In this document: in pieces, positions 18,149 to 27,186 of the stretch
Layout: every line of letters starts with the position of its first letter
Numbering within the stretch: position 1 is the first letter of the stretch
DNA from: Nitrospiraceae bacterium
GTDB taxonomy: Bacteria > Nitrospirota > Nitrospiria > Nitrospirales > Nitrospiraceae
Assembly (NCBI GenBank): GCA_041487795.1
Contig: JBGPNZ010000001.1
Span: 1 to 60,645, forward strand
Length of the DNA stretch: 60,645 nucleotides
Direction: 5' to 3'
Position numbers and translations under genes: made by a program
Notes under the pieces: model-generated
The model's input: the letters and a program-made list of their open reading frames with translations, nothing else
What the model was told of the DNA's origin: nothing
The model's database searches: none

Positions 18149-18631
18149 CTATCCGAGCAAGTTCCTCTTCATGCGCTCCGTCTCGTCCGCCGAAGGGGCG
18201 GACATCTCAAGATGGCGGCTGCGGGCCAGCGCGATCAGGCAGTCCTTCCGCTGCACGAAGGCGGCGGCGATCTTTTCGAGCAGGCCCTCGTTGTGGTAGA
18301 TGTTCCTGAGCTTGGTCGAGATCATCCGGAGACGCGGGTCGACCATGACCAGCGCCTTGATGGTGTCTTCGTTGGGCTTCTTCTCTTTGCGCTCGGTGAA
18401 GCCCTTCCTGGTCTCATTCGAGATCTCATACTCGAGACTCTCGAGTTGGGCTTCGAGCGAGAGCCGCTCCGACCGGATACGCTCCAGGAGAACGGCGAAC
18501 CAGGCGAAGGTCGCGGCCTGCTTGGCGAGCTCGGTGTCGAGATCATCCCGGTCGATGAGCAGTTCCTTCTCGGTCGAGAACTCGAACTTGTCCCCGCCCA
18601 CGATGATCTCGATCTTGGTGTCTCTTACCAT
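18149..18631 (-). CDS. UvsY-like recombination mediator (tentative)
   Basis: 160 aa. Its layout (ATFAWFAVLLERIRSE..LEAQL.., ..KALVMVDPRL.., ..LLEKIAAAFVQRKDCLIAL) parallels T4 UvsY. Sits next to the gp32-like and RecA-like genes. Confidence 0.45.
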   Translation of the reverse strand: MVRDTKIEIIVGGDKFEFSTEKELLIDRDDLDTELAKQAATFAWFAVLLERIRSERLSLEAQLESLEYEISNETRKGFTERKEKKPNEDTIKALVMVDPRLRMISTKLRNIYHNEGLLEKIAAAFVQRKDCLIALARSRHLEMSAPSADETERMKRNLLG

Positions 18632-18644
18632 TTGCCCTCATCTA

Positions 18645-18659
18645 GTAGTCTTCTCAGCG
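18645..18659 (-). promoter_or_regulatory. conserved upstream motif CGCTGAGAAGACTAC (copy 1)
   Basis: The plus-strand 15-mer GTAGTCTTCTCAGCG is identical to 22018-22032. It lies 13 nt upstream of the UvsY-like ATG and follows a shared T-run element. Confidence 0.45.
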
Positions 18660-18685
18660 TTCCCGGAAAAAATCCGAGAATTCTG

Positions 18686-21600
18686 TCATCTCTGGAAAAA
18701 TTGTCTGGCCCGGTCGAAGTTCTGAACCTGGGGCGGCAGGACGCGCCGTTCGATCTCCTTCCCGTCATAAGGGAGCAGCGTACGGTAGAGATCCACGAAC
18801 TTGTCGATCGCCGCCTCGAAGTCGGGCATCCGTTCCTTTCCGTGATCCCGAAGGACGGAGGCGGGATGGATGCAGGCGACCACTTTGACGCCCTTACGAT
18901 CCATGACCGTGCCGTTCGCCTTGGTGATGGAGTTCGACCCTCCAAGACGCGTCCACGCCTTCTTGCCGAGAGCCAGAATGAGAGGCGGCTTGAGCGTGTC
19001 GATCTCCTCGTCGACCCAGGGGCAGGCGAGCATGAGTTCCTCGATCTTGGACTTGGGCATGGGGCCCGTCTCGCCCTCGCCCACGTAGGGCGGCTGGCAG
19101 TGGGAGACGTTCGTCCAGGTGAAGTCCTTGCCGCTCACCTTGCGGTTGAAGAGAAGCCGGTCGACCAGCTCTCCCGAAGGGCCCACGAAGGGGGCCGCCT
19201 TCCAGGTCTCGGTCTTTCCGGGGGACTCTCCCACGATCATGACGTTCGTGCGGCCGAACTCGAGCGGAACGACCTTCTTGCAGGTGACCCGAAGGGCGCA
19301 GGCCGTGCAGTCCTTTTCCCTGTCGCGGAGCGCTTCCTGCTCTTTCTTCTGGAACTTCTCCTGCGGGTTCCAGGTGGGGAAGCCGAACGTATAGCCCGGC
19401 ATCCTCCCGTCGAAAAGGCTCTCGAGAATGATCGGCGGGTACTTGTACTCCACGATCTTGGCTTTGGCCTTTGAAGGACGGCCCGTCTTGGTGAGCGGCT
19501 TGGCGGCGATCGTCCGAATGAGCCTGTTCTTGAGATCTTCGGGCCCCTTGAACAGACCGCCTTCTCCACGAAGCCTCTTCACGATATTGGCGAGCCTCAT
19601 GTCCATGCCGTCGCCCATCTGGAGCGGCATGCGGATCGCCTTATCCTCGAACGTCCAGTCGAGATCGCTCTTGTTGGCGTCAGGGGAAAGGATCTTGATC
19701 CCGAACTTCGGAGCCTCCTCGATGATGGGCTGGAAGTTCTCCGCCCTGGACTGAAGAAGCGCCCTGAACGTCGGAAGCGGATGGTAGCGCTTGGCCCAGG
19801 CGATACGGTAGGCGTTCCAGGCGTAGGACGTCGCGTGGCTCTTGTTGAAGGCGTAGCGACCGAAGTTGAGCAGCTTCTGCCAGAAGGCATCGGCCGCTTC
19901 CTTCTCGGCACTCGAGTTCTTGATGCAGCCCTGAACGAAGGCCGTCCGCCACTTCTCCATTTCCTCGATGCCCTTGGACTTGGCCATGACCTTTCTGACC
20001 TTGTCGGCGTCCGTCCACGAGAAGCCGGCCAGCCTCACGCAGATGTTCATGACGTCTTCCTGGTAGACGATGATCTCGTTGGGATCGTCTCGATACTGGG
20101 CGACCATCTGCTCGGGCGTGTACTGGCCCAGGCCGCCGGGTCGGAAGGCCGCGTTCGCCCAGACGAGATCAAGAAAGCAGGTGGGCTTCAGGTTCCTGAG
20201 GAAAGAACGGAAGCCCTGGGACAGGAACTGAGGGACTCCCGCAGTACGTCCTTCGGAAAGATCCTTCATGACCTCGGGATCGTTGAGATCGATCGCGTTC
20301 CAGTCCATCTTGACTTGGGCTTCGATCGTCTTGATCGCGGAAAGGGTGTCCAGTCCCAGGAAGTCGAGCTTCACGAACCCGAGTTCCTCGGCCACTTCCA
20401 TGTCCCACGGCAGGGCCTTGTCCTTCCCTCGGGAGACGATGGCGGCTCTTCCGGACGTGAGAGGCTCGGCCGCGATGACGAAGCCTCCCGCGTGGGCGCC
20501 GAACTGGCGGATGCGGCCCACCATCATTCGGGCGAACGTGACCGCATCGGCGCTCTTCTTGGCCAGTTCCTTCCCGGGCGGGATGTCCGTGACATCGATG
20601 TCTTCTTCCCGCTTGCCTTTGAGGATGTTCTTGTCGTCCTCGAACTTGGAGTCGTCCATGAGCTCGATCCCGTAGGCACGGGCGGCGTCGTTGATCGCCA
20701 TCCGAAGTCCGAAGGTGGTGTAGTTCGAGATCTGGGCGACCTTGTCATCGCCGAACTCCCGGCGCAGGATCTCGGGCACCCGAAGACGGCTTTGCTCGTC
20801 AAGGTCAAGATCGACGTCGGGCCATCCTTTTCGGCCAGGAGCATAGAAGCGTTCCCACGACAGGCCGTGGACGATCGGATCAAGCGGGGTGATGTCGAGG
20901 CAGTAGGCGAGCAGGGAGCCGCCGACCGATCCACGAGGGCCGATCTCGGCGCCTTCCTTGCGGAGAACCTGCATGCAGTGGCGGACGAGAAGGATGTACT
21001 GGTCGAGTCCGCCCTGCGCGAAAGTGGCAAGCTCGGTCTTGAGCCGTTCGTCATACTCGGACTTTCCCTTGAGTCCCTTATCCTCGAGAGCCTTCCAGGC
21101 GATCTCGCTCATGTTTCCTTCCATGTGGGGAAGGGTCGGCTTGGGGAGATCGTCCCACGTCCAGGCGCTGATCTTCTCGCTGATCGCTTCGGTGATCTCG
21201 ACGGAGGCCTGGGCGACCATGGGGCCGAACCCCGCGTTGGTGAGATCGGCGATGGCATCCTGGGGCGTTCCGATGTAAGACCGATCCGTCGAGAACTTCC
21301 AGCGCTTGGGATCGTGGATGTTCGTCCGGTCGGCCACCGCGAGCAGCGCGTCATGGAAGACCTTTTCCTCCTTGCGGCAAAAGTGGCAATCGGGCGTCAT
21401 GACCGTCGAAATGCCCAGCTGCATCGAGAGGTCAAGGATGGTTTTATTCAGCTTGATCTGCTCGTCCCAGTCGTGAAGGGGCTGTACTTCGAAGTAGAGA
21501 TCGTCTTTGAATTTGTCGGAGAAGTTGATCAGGTCTTCAGCGGCAGCCTCCGTCCCACGCCAGAAGGGACTCGAGAAACATCCCGAAAGGATGACGCAGT

Positions 21601-22000
21601 TGTCGATCTTGTCCAGGACGAGCGAGAGCGGGATCGCTGCCTTCTGGCGCTTGGTGTCATAAAACTGGCGGTGCCCGATGGAAAGCAGGCTCATCAGGGA
21701 GCTGAAGCCCTTGGCGTTCTTGGTGAGAATGGTCAGATGGTTGAGCTTGTCTTCCTTGTGGTACTTGCCGTGATGATGGGTGTCGGGACACGAGACGTAG
21801 ATCTCGCATCCGATGATGGGCTTGATCCCGACCTTCGCGCAGGCCTTCATGAACTTGGGGACTCCTTCGATCCCACCATGGTCTGTGAGCGCGCAGGCAG
21901 TCCATCCTTCCTTGGCTGCGGCAGCGGGAAGTTCGTCGATACGGATGAGAGAGTCCCGGGTGCTGAACTCCGAATGTGCGTGCAGGATGGCAGGTTTCAT
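18686..22000 (-). CDS. dnaE: DNA polymerase III alpha subunit (PHP + pol core) fused to C-terminal family-4 uracil-DNA-glycosylase-like domain
   Basis: N-terminal PHP motif LHAHSEFSTRDS..ALTDHGG. The C-terminal ~220 aa (about 18686-19360) carry CTACALRVTC, IVGESPGKTE, PFVGPSGELV and HPASVLR, the UDG family 4 motifs. Confidence 0.9.
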   Translation of the reverse strand: MKPAILHAHSEFSTRDSLIRIDELPAAAAKEGWTACALTDHGGIEGVPKFMKACAKVGIKPIIGCEIYVSCPDTHHHGKYHKEDKLNHLTILTKNAKGFSSLMSLLSIGHRQFYDTKRQKAAIPLSLVLDKIDNCVILSGCFSSPFWRGTEAAAEDLINFSDKFKDDLYFEVQPLHDWDEQIKLNKTILDLSMQLGISTVMTPDCHFCRKEEKVFHDALLAVADRTNIHDPKRWKFSTDRSYIGTPQDAIADLTNAGFGPMVAQASVEITEAISEKISAWTWDDLPKPTLPHMEGNMSEIAWKALEDKGLKGKSEYDERLKTELATFAQGGLDQYILLVRHCMQVLRKEGAEIGPRGSVGGSLLAYCLDITPLDPIVHGLSWERFYAPGRKGWPDVDLDLDEQSRLRVPEILRREFGDDKVAQISNYTTFGLRMAINDAARAYGIELMDDSKFEDDKNILKGKREEDIDVTDIPPGKELAKKSADAVTFARMMVGRIRQFGAHAGGFVIAAEPLTSGRAAIVSRGKDKALPWDMEVAEELGFVKLDFLGLDTLSAIKTIEAQVKMDWNAIDLNDPEVMKDLSEGRTAGVPQFLSQGFRSFLRNLKPTCFLDLVWANAAFRPGGLGQYTPEQMVAQYRDDPNEIIVYQEDVMNICVRLAGFSWTDADKVRKVMAKSKGIEEMEKWRTAFVQGCIKNSSAEKEAADAFWQKLLNFGRYAFNKSHATSYAWNAYRIAWAKRYHPLPTFRALLQSRAENFQPIIEEAPKFGIKILSPDANKSDLDWTFEDKAIRMPLQMGDGMDMRLANIVKRLRGEGGLFKGPEDLKNRLIRTIAAKPLTKTGRPSKAKAKIVEYKYPPIILESLFDGRMPGYTFGFPTWNPQEKFQKKEQEALRDREKDCTACALRVTCKKVVPLEFGRTNVMIVGESPGKTETWKAAPFVGPSGELVDRLLFNRKVSGKDFTWTNVSHCQPPYVGEGETGPMPKSKIEELMLACPWVDEEIDTLKPPLILALGKKAWTRLGGSNSITKANGTVMDRKGVKVVACIHPASVLRDHGKERMPDFEAAIDKFVDLYRTLLPYDGKEIERRVLPPQVQNFDRARQFFQR

Positions 22001-22017
22001 CGAGTCCTCCCACCCAT

Positions 22018-22097
22018 GTAGTCTTCTCAGCGATCTCCAGAAAAATCGTCAAATTCCAAGATTGTCGCGATTTTTCCTGGGATGCTGAGAAGATTAC
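22018..22097. promoter_or_regulatory. divergent near-palindromic control region carrying motif copies 2 and 3
   Basis: GTAGTCTTCTCAGCG (22018-22032, facing dnaE) and GCTGAGAAGATTAC (22084-22097, facing the helicase) are inverted copies with 1 mismatch. Each follows GATTTTTC(C)..GG. Confidence 0.5.
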
Positions 22098-23515
22098 ATA
22101 GTATGGGGCACATCACGATCCGCCTCGGGAACGCCTGGAGCAAGCTCGAGACTGATCGCACCGAACTCGAACGCCTGGACAACGAACTGGCGGTCGAAGA
22201 CCCTGGGGCCTTCTGGGCGCGTCAGCGGCGTCCCGGCTGGGATGGGTTCTGGCACTTCGTCGACATGGTGAACGGCAAGTTCCCCACGGGACTGGCCGAA
22301 CGTGTCAAGAAGATGCGCCCGATCGACTGTGATACCGTCGATGCCCGTGTCCGCCCGCCCACCATCCCCTTCAACAAGGACATCCTGAGAGGTATCGAGT
22401 TCGCCGACCACCAGCGGGCTTCGATCCTGAAGATCCTGGAAAAGGGGATCGGGACGGTGGCAACTTCAGTGGGTAGCGGCAAGACCGAACAGGGGATCGG
22501 GATCGCCTGTCACGTCCACGGACTCTGCGTCTGGCTCACCCATCGGCGCGATCTCATGCACCAGACCGCGGAGCGGATCCTCTGGAGAACGGGCAGCGAG
22601 GCCGCCAAGATCGGGGACGGCATCTGGGACGACGTCAGCCCCAAGACCAAGTTCCTGGTCGGCATGCCCCAGACGATCCTGACCGACATGGACACCTTCC
22701 GCTGGCAGACCAAGGACGCCAACGTCATGATCGTCGACGAGTGCCATACGGCCAGCGCCGCCAACGACTGGTATAACGTCTCTCTCATGGTGCCTTCGTA
22801 CTATAGGGTCGGTCTCACGGGCACGCCCGACATCGGAGACCCCGTCCGCGAACGGCGCCTGGAGGCCGCGACGGGAGAGGTCGTGATCCGCATCCGGTCA
22901 GGAGAGATGGCCAAGATCGGTTGGGTCGCTCCGGCCAGGGTTCACTATCACAAAGTCCATAACCAGGCCGTCCATGGCGTCACTTACATGGACGCGAGAC
23001 GGATCCTGATCGAAGAGAACCCCGAGCGCAATGCGATGATCATCGAGCTGGCCATGAAGGAGGCCAGAAGCGGCAAGCGCTGCCTGATCATCTGCGACAC
23101 CGTCAAGCATGCCAAGATCATCTCCGAAGTCCTGGCGGGGGAGAGCGTCAGATCCAGGTTCCTCTACGGAGGCCACTCGAGCGCCGCCCGGAACGAGGCA
23201 AAGAAAGAGTTCAAGAGCGGCGCGCTCGAGATCGTGATCACCACTCCCATCTGGGACTTGGGCGTCGACATACCCGAGATCGAGACAGTCATCCTGGCCG
23301 CCGGCGGCAAGAGCGCCGTCAGGGTCATCCAGCGCTGCGGCCGGGCCCTCCGGACGAGCAAGGGCAAGACCCTGGCCACCATCCATGACTTCTTCGACAC
23401 TGGCTCCCGCTACACCATGCGGCACTCCGAGGCCAGGATGAAGGCGTGCAGGGATGAGGGGTTTGAGATTGCTGGCGAGCTCAAGCCGAAGCCTACCGCC
23501 GCGCCGCAGCGGTAG
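22082..23515 (+). CDS. SF2 DEAD/DEAH-box helicase (UvsW/RecG-like)
   Basis: SVGSGKTEQG (Walker A), MIVDECH (DExH), LTGTP (III), QRCGRALR (VI). The motif copy inside 22084-22097 suggests the real start may be ATG 22103. Confidence 0.85.
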   Translation: MLRRLHSMGHITIRLGNAWSKLETDRTELERLDNELAVEDPGAFWARQRRPGWDGFWHFVDMVNGKFPTGLAERVKKMRPIDCDTVDARVRPPTIPFNKDILRGIEFADHQRASILKILEKGIGTVATSVGSGKTEQGIGIACHVHGLCVWLTHRRDLMHQTAERILWRTGSEAAKIGDGIWDDVSPKTKFLVGMPQTILTDMDTFRWQTKDANVMIVDECHTASAANDWYNVSLMVPSYYRVGLTGTPDIGDPVRERRLEAATGEVVIRIRSGEMAKIGWVAPARVHYHKVHNQAVHGVTYMDARRILIEENPERNAMIIELAMKEARSGKRCLIICDTVKHAKIISEVLAGESVRSRFLYGGHSSAARNEAKKEFKSGALEIVITTPIWDLGVDIPEIETVILAAGGKSAVRVIQRCGRALRTSKGKTLATIHDFFDTGSRYTMRHSEARMKACRDEGFEIAGELKPKPTAAPQR

Positions 23516-23535
23516 TTGGGTCACGGGAAGAAAGA

Positions 23536-23652
23536 ACCATGTATGTATTCTTTCTGAGAATACCCTTCTTTCAGTTCTACAAGCTACCTAAATATCCTGC
23601 TCTTTCGTGCCTCAGGAATAGCGGTAGTTCTCAGATAGAATACATACATGGT
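23536..23652. repeat. 25-nt inverted repeat pair with ~67-nt AT-richer spacer
   Basis: ACCATGTATGTATTCTTTCTGAGAA (23536-23560) pairs with TTCTCAGATAGAATACATACATGGT (23628-23652), with 1 mismatch. Lies in a ~500-nt non-coding gap before the replication-initiation genes. Confidence 0.8.
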
Positions 23653-23762
23653 CAAGTCGATCTACGAACCGCCACCACTCGCATGATGCGAGCGGTGCTA
23701 CCAAGCTTGCGATGGACATGGAGAGCGGTCAGAACTATTTTTTCACTTTTCGAATTTTTCCG

Positions 23763-23791
23763 TTGACATCGGCTCTAGGAAGACGTATATA
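23763..23791 (+). promoter_or_regulatory. sigma70-like promoter
   Basis: TTGACA (23763-23768), a 17-nt spacer, then TATATA (23786-23791). Confidence 0.55.
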
Positions 23792-23797
23792 GGGACA

Positions 23798-23981
23798 GAG
23801 GAAGAAGCGCCTTCTGCCCCGTCGGCAGAGGGATGTCGTTTTAAGTGGGTTCAGGCCAGACATGACGAGATACTGTCGTCGATCGAGCCCCTCTACGGGG
23901 GCGCAGTGCGTGGGGAACCCTTTCTTCCTCTACGCATGTCTGGCCCGCGCCTGCGATCCCCGTAGCGGGGCTTTTTCTTTT
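23798..23981 (+). ncRNA. structured leader / candidate ncRNA ending in an intrinsic terminator
   Basis: Two long-range pairings cross each other: GAGGAAGAAG (23798-23807) with CTTTCTTCCTC (23920-23930), and GGCCAGACATG (23854-23864) with CATGTCTGGCC (23935-23945). There are internal hairpins. The 3' end is CCCCG-TAG-CGGGG followed by CTTTTTCTTTT (23958-23981). Confidence 0.4.
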
Positions 23982-24017
23982 ACCCACGCCTTTACCGTAA
24001 TCTAGCTGGGGGTCTCA

Positions 24018-24812
24018 ATGTCTGGTTTTCTGCCCCGCGGGGCACTGCGTCGCCATCGCCAGAAGTGGGGCAAGTACGGCAACTACATCACGTTCAAAAT
24101 GCTCGAAACTCTTTCCATCCTGTATTGCCCGCAGGGGGAGAATGAGCCCGCGTGGACTTCGAAGAGCCTTGCCGAAGCCGCGGACATGTGCCAGCAGAGC
24201 ATGCTTCTTCAGCTCGAACGAATGAAGAAGATGGGCTGGGTCGAATGGGCGAAAGACGCCTTCGGCCGCAGGGCATGGATCATCACCCAGCCCGGGATGC
24301 TCGCCGTGGACAAGAACCTCCACAGCCGAGTCAGCTTTGAAGTTCCCCAGAAAACCACCGAAGCGCAAGCCTTGATCCAGATCGTCCGCCGGGCGATGGT
24401 TGTCCTCGAGAAACTGAAGAAGGCCGGCTGGACGGACGTCCAGGCCCGCGAGTGCCTGATCAACTATCCCCTCTGGAAAATCGAGAAGGCGTTCCGAACC
24501 GCCCGAAACCGCCAGGTGAGAAACCTCGGTGCTTACGTTCGCCGCCTGATCGAGTGGGGCGATCGTGAGGCCGTGCAGATCGGCGCCTACGTGGACAAGA
24601 CCATGAAGGAGGCCGACTACACCGTCAGGAACTTCGTCGTCCGCGAAGCCTGCCGAACCGAGGAGCCGCTCACGACCGCACGGACGGTCATGCTCATGCT
24701 GTACAAGCGGTACGGTTACTCCGTTCGCCAATGCACCCGAAGGGACGTGAACGATATCCTGTACGACATGGTCAGAGTCGGGGAGGTGTGCCTCAAAAAA
24801 GTCGCGGTCTAG
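24018..24812 (+). CDS. winged-helix DNA-binding protein (putative replication initiator/regulator)
   Basis: 264 aa. The MarR-like wHTH segment LSILYCPQGENEPAWTSKSLAEAADMCQQSMLLQLERMKKMGWVEW sits directly upstream of the primase-helicase gene. Confidence 0.55.
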   Translation: MSGFLPRGALRRHRQKWGKYGNYITFKMLETLSILYCPQGENEPAWTSKSLAEAADMCQQSMLLQLERMKKMGWVEWAKDAFGRRAWIITQPGMLAVDKNLHSRVSFEVPQKTTEAQALIQIVRRAMVVLEKLKKAGWTDVQARECLINYPLWKIEKAFRTARNRQVRNLGAYVRRLIEWGDREAVQIGAYVDKTMKEADYTVRNFVVREACRTEEPLTTARTVMLMLYKRYGYSVRQCTRRDVNDILYDMVRVGEVCLKKVAV

Positions 24813-24851
24813 CAACCATAACTTAACTTTAACTGGGTAAAGGGGTCTCAA

Positions 24852-26798
24852 ATGCTGCCTGAGAGTCACCCGCTGTATCGCGCGGAGGTGATGTTCCTCC
24901 TGCTCTTCGACAAAGCTCCCGCCGAGCAGTACATCGAGTTCCGGATGATCTGGGACACGAAGCACCGTGGAGAGCCCGCCCCTGACGGCAAGCCCGCCCA
25001 CGTCGAGTTCATTCTGGTCAAGGACTTCCAAAAGATGTTCGACCAGGTGATCGCCGACTGGATCATGCGGCACAACCGCGCCAAGTATGACGCCTTTTAC
25101 AGCGTCTGCCCCAGGCGCGTGGTGAACCGCACCCGCGGCGGCTTCCCGGTCGGCGGCAAGAACGAAGATGTTTCCCACGCCGTCTGCGCGTGGATGGACT
25201 ACGACAAGCCCACGTGGAAAGCGGTCGCCGAAGACAAGCCCGAACCCACGATCGTGGTGGCGACGGGCCACGGCGCTCATTTCTACTATCTCTATCCGAA
25301 GGCGGTCGAGATCGAGAAGGCCGTCGCCGACAGCGAGGCGATCGCGAGGAAGTACGGCGGTGATGCCACGTATGATCCCGCCAGGATCCTCCGCATCCCG
25401 GGCACCAAGAACTGGAAGGAGCCCGAGAAGAATCTGATGGCCGAGTGGATCGGCGGCAATCTCGAAAGCATCATCGAGAGCTGGAAGGACGAGAGCGCGA
25501 AGGCCACGGCGGGCGCGGACGGCGCGAAGAAGAATATCCATGATCTCCGGTCGCTCGACTGGGATCTCCACAACGTTCTCGTGAGCGGACACAGCTCTGC
25601 CGCGGGAAAGTATCTCCACCTGAAGAAGGAGGGCGGGGAGGTCGACCGCTCCGTCGTCGACTTCGTCGTGATGGCGAACCTCCTCAAGCACGAGTACAGC
25701 GAAAACGAGATCAAGGAGATCTTCTTCGACAAGGAGTTTGGCATCAGCGCGAAGTGCCTCGAAGAGACCCAGCGCGGGAACGCCGACAACTACTTCAACC
25801 GCACCTTCGACCGGGCCCGTCTGGAGTACCAGAAGGACTCGTTCAAGAACGAGGACATCAGCGAGCGGGTCGAGTTCGAGACGTGGGAGGATCTCCGCAA
25901 GGCGCCGTCCCTCAAGTTCTGCGTCGATCGGGTTCTCCCCCAGGCCGGCATGCTGCTCGTCTCCGGGCCGGCCAAGACGGGCAAGAGCTATCTCGTCAAC
26001 GATCTAGCCCTCCTTCTGGCGGGCGCGCCCGGGAAGTTCCTCAACCGGCTCGAAGTCCGCCAGCCGGGGAAGGTTCTTTACTGCCAGGCTGAGATCCAGA
26101 GGGGATCGCTCGACTTCCGCCTGTCCAACATCGCCCAGTCGCGCGGCGTGAACTGGCGGGACATGAAGATCAAATTCCTGAACCAGCGCTTCGACATCTG
26201 CAACACCAAGCACATGTTCTCCCTCATCAACGGGATCAGGAACGAGGGGATCGAATATCTGATCATCGACCCGCTCGCCCGCTTCCATCACGAGGACGAG
26301 AACAAGCAGCGCGACATGTCGAACGTCCTTTCGAACGTGGAGAGGATCAGCCGCGAGGGCAAGGTGCTCGGAACCATCCTCGTTCATCACCACGGCAAGC
26401 CGTCGAGCGACGGGCCGCAGAGGGAAGGTGTCCACCAGATCCGCGGCGCGTCGGTCATCGGCGACTGGGGCAACGCCCACATCCTTCTTCAGAAGCGATT
26501 CAACAAGATCACGAAGGCGAAGTATGTGAGCGTCGGGTTCGAGCTACGTGACGCTGAGGAGCCTGAGCCCTTTGACATGCTCTTCAACAAGTCGACGCAT
26601 CTCTTCGACGAGTACTCCGAGGAGAGCGATTCGCTCAAGACGGCCAAGAATATCAAGGCCGGAGCGAACACCAAGGAAGAAGCGATCCTGGCGCTCATGA
26701 AGGAGCTCAGACTGAGCAGGAATGAAGCACTCGGTCTCTATGCCGAGGTCGAACATGACGGGAAGGGCAAGCTCTTCCCCGACGATCCGACCCCGTAA
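24852..26798 (+). CDS. primase-polymerase / RepA(DnaB)-like helicase fusion
   Basis: N-terminal prim-pol motifs AWMDYD, ATGHGAHFYY, RIPGTKNWK. C-terminal P-loop VSGPAKTGKSYL and Walker B YLIIDPLARF (AAA_25/RecA-like). Confidence 0.8.
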   Translation: MLPESHPLYRAEVMFLLLFDKAPAEQYIEFRMIWDTKHRGEPAPDGKPAHVEFILVKDFQKMFDQVIADWIMRHNRAKYDAFYSVCPRRVVNRTRGGFPVGGKNEDVSHAVCAWMDYDKPTWKAVAEDKPEPTIVVATGHGAHFYYLYPKAVEIEKAVADSEAIARKYGGDATYDPARILRIPGTKNWKEPEKNLMAEWIGGNLESIIESWKDESAKATAGADGAKKNIHDLRSLDWDLHNVLVSGHSSAAGKYLHLKKEGGEVDRSVVDFVVMANLLKHEYSENEIKEIFFDKEFGISAKCLEETQRGNADNYFNRTFDRARLEYQKDSFKNEDISERVEFETWEDLRKAPSLKFCVDRVLPQAGMLLVSGPAKTGKSYLVNDLALLLAGAPGKFLNRLEVRQPGKVLYCQAEIQRGSLDFRLSNIAQSRGVNWRDMKIKFLNQRFDICNTKHMFSLINGIRNEGIEYLIIDPLARFHHEDENKQRDMSNVLSNVERISREGKVLGTILVHHHGKPSSDGPQREGVHQIRGASVIGDWGNAHILLQKRFNKITKAKYVSVGFELRDAEEPEPFDMLFNKSTHLFDEYSEESDSLKTAKNIKAGANTKEEAILALMKELRLSRNEALGLYAEVEHDGKGKLFPDDPTP

Positions 26799-26890
26799 TA
26801 GTCTCATGAAAGATCCTCTCAAGAACTCAGAGATTCTTTCGTGAAAAAAGGAGAAGTCATTTTAGAATTTGGAAAGGGCCAGGTATAATC

Positions 26891-27175
26891 ATGGAACCTG
26901 TTCCGGTTCGGCTTGAGAAAAGCGGACTCGAAGTCAGGCTCACCGAAGAGTTCCAGGAACGCCTGGGGATCGAACTCGATGCCGATGAAGAGTGGATCTT
27001 GGTGCTCGCCACCTGCATGGAAGGCACCAAGATGAAATATGTCATCGCTCTTCCATGGTTCCCTGAAAGCGGAGACGCCAAGGACGAAGAGCTCGACTGG
27101 TTCGTCCCGACGGCCGTTCAGGAAAAGGACGTGGACGCCGTTCGCTGGAGGGCGCTCCACTACAAACCCGATTAG
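26891..27175 (+). CDS. hypothetical protein (94 aa)
   Basis: ORF between the primase-helicase and RNR genes. No motif. Confidence 0.5.
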   Translation: MEPVPVRLEKSGLEVRLTEEFQERLGIELDADEEWILVLATCMEGTKMKYVIALPWFPESGDAKDEELDWFVPTAVQEKDVDAVRWRALHYKPD

Positions 27176-27186
27176 AATGTGAACCC

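Noticed and set aside
26884-26893. TATAAT directly abutting the ATG of 26891-27175, considered as a promoter for a leaderless mRNA.
   Set aside because: The -10-like hexamer ends 1 nt before the ATG, so a start site 6-8 nt downstream would fall inside the ORF. No matching -35 was seen, so this is likely coincidence.
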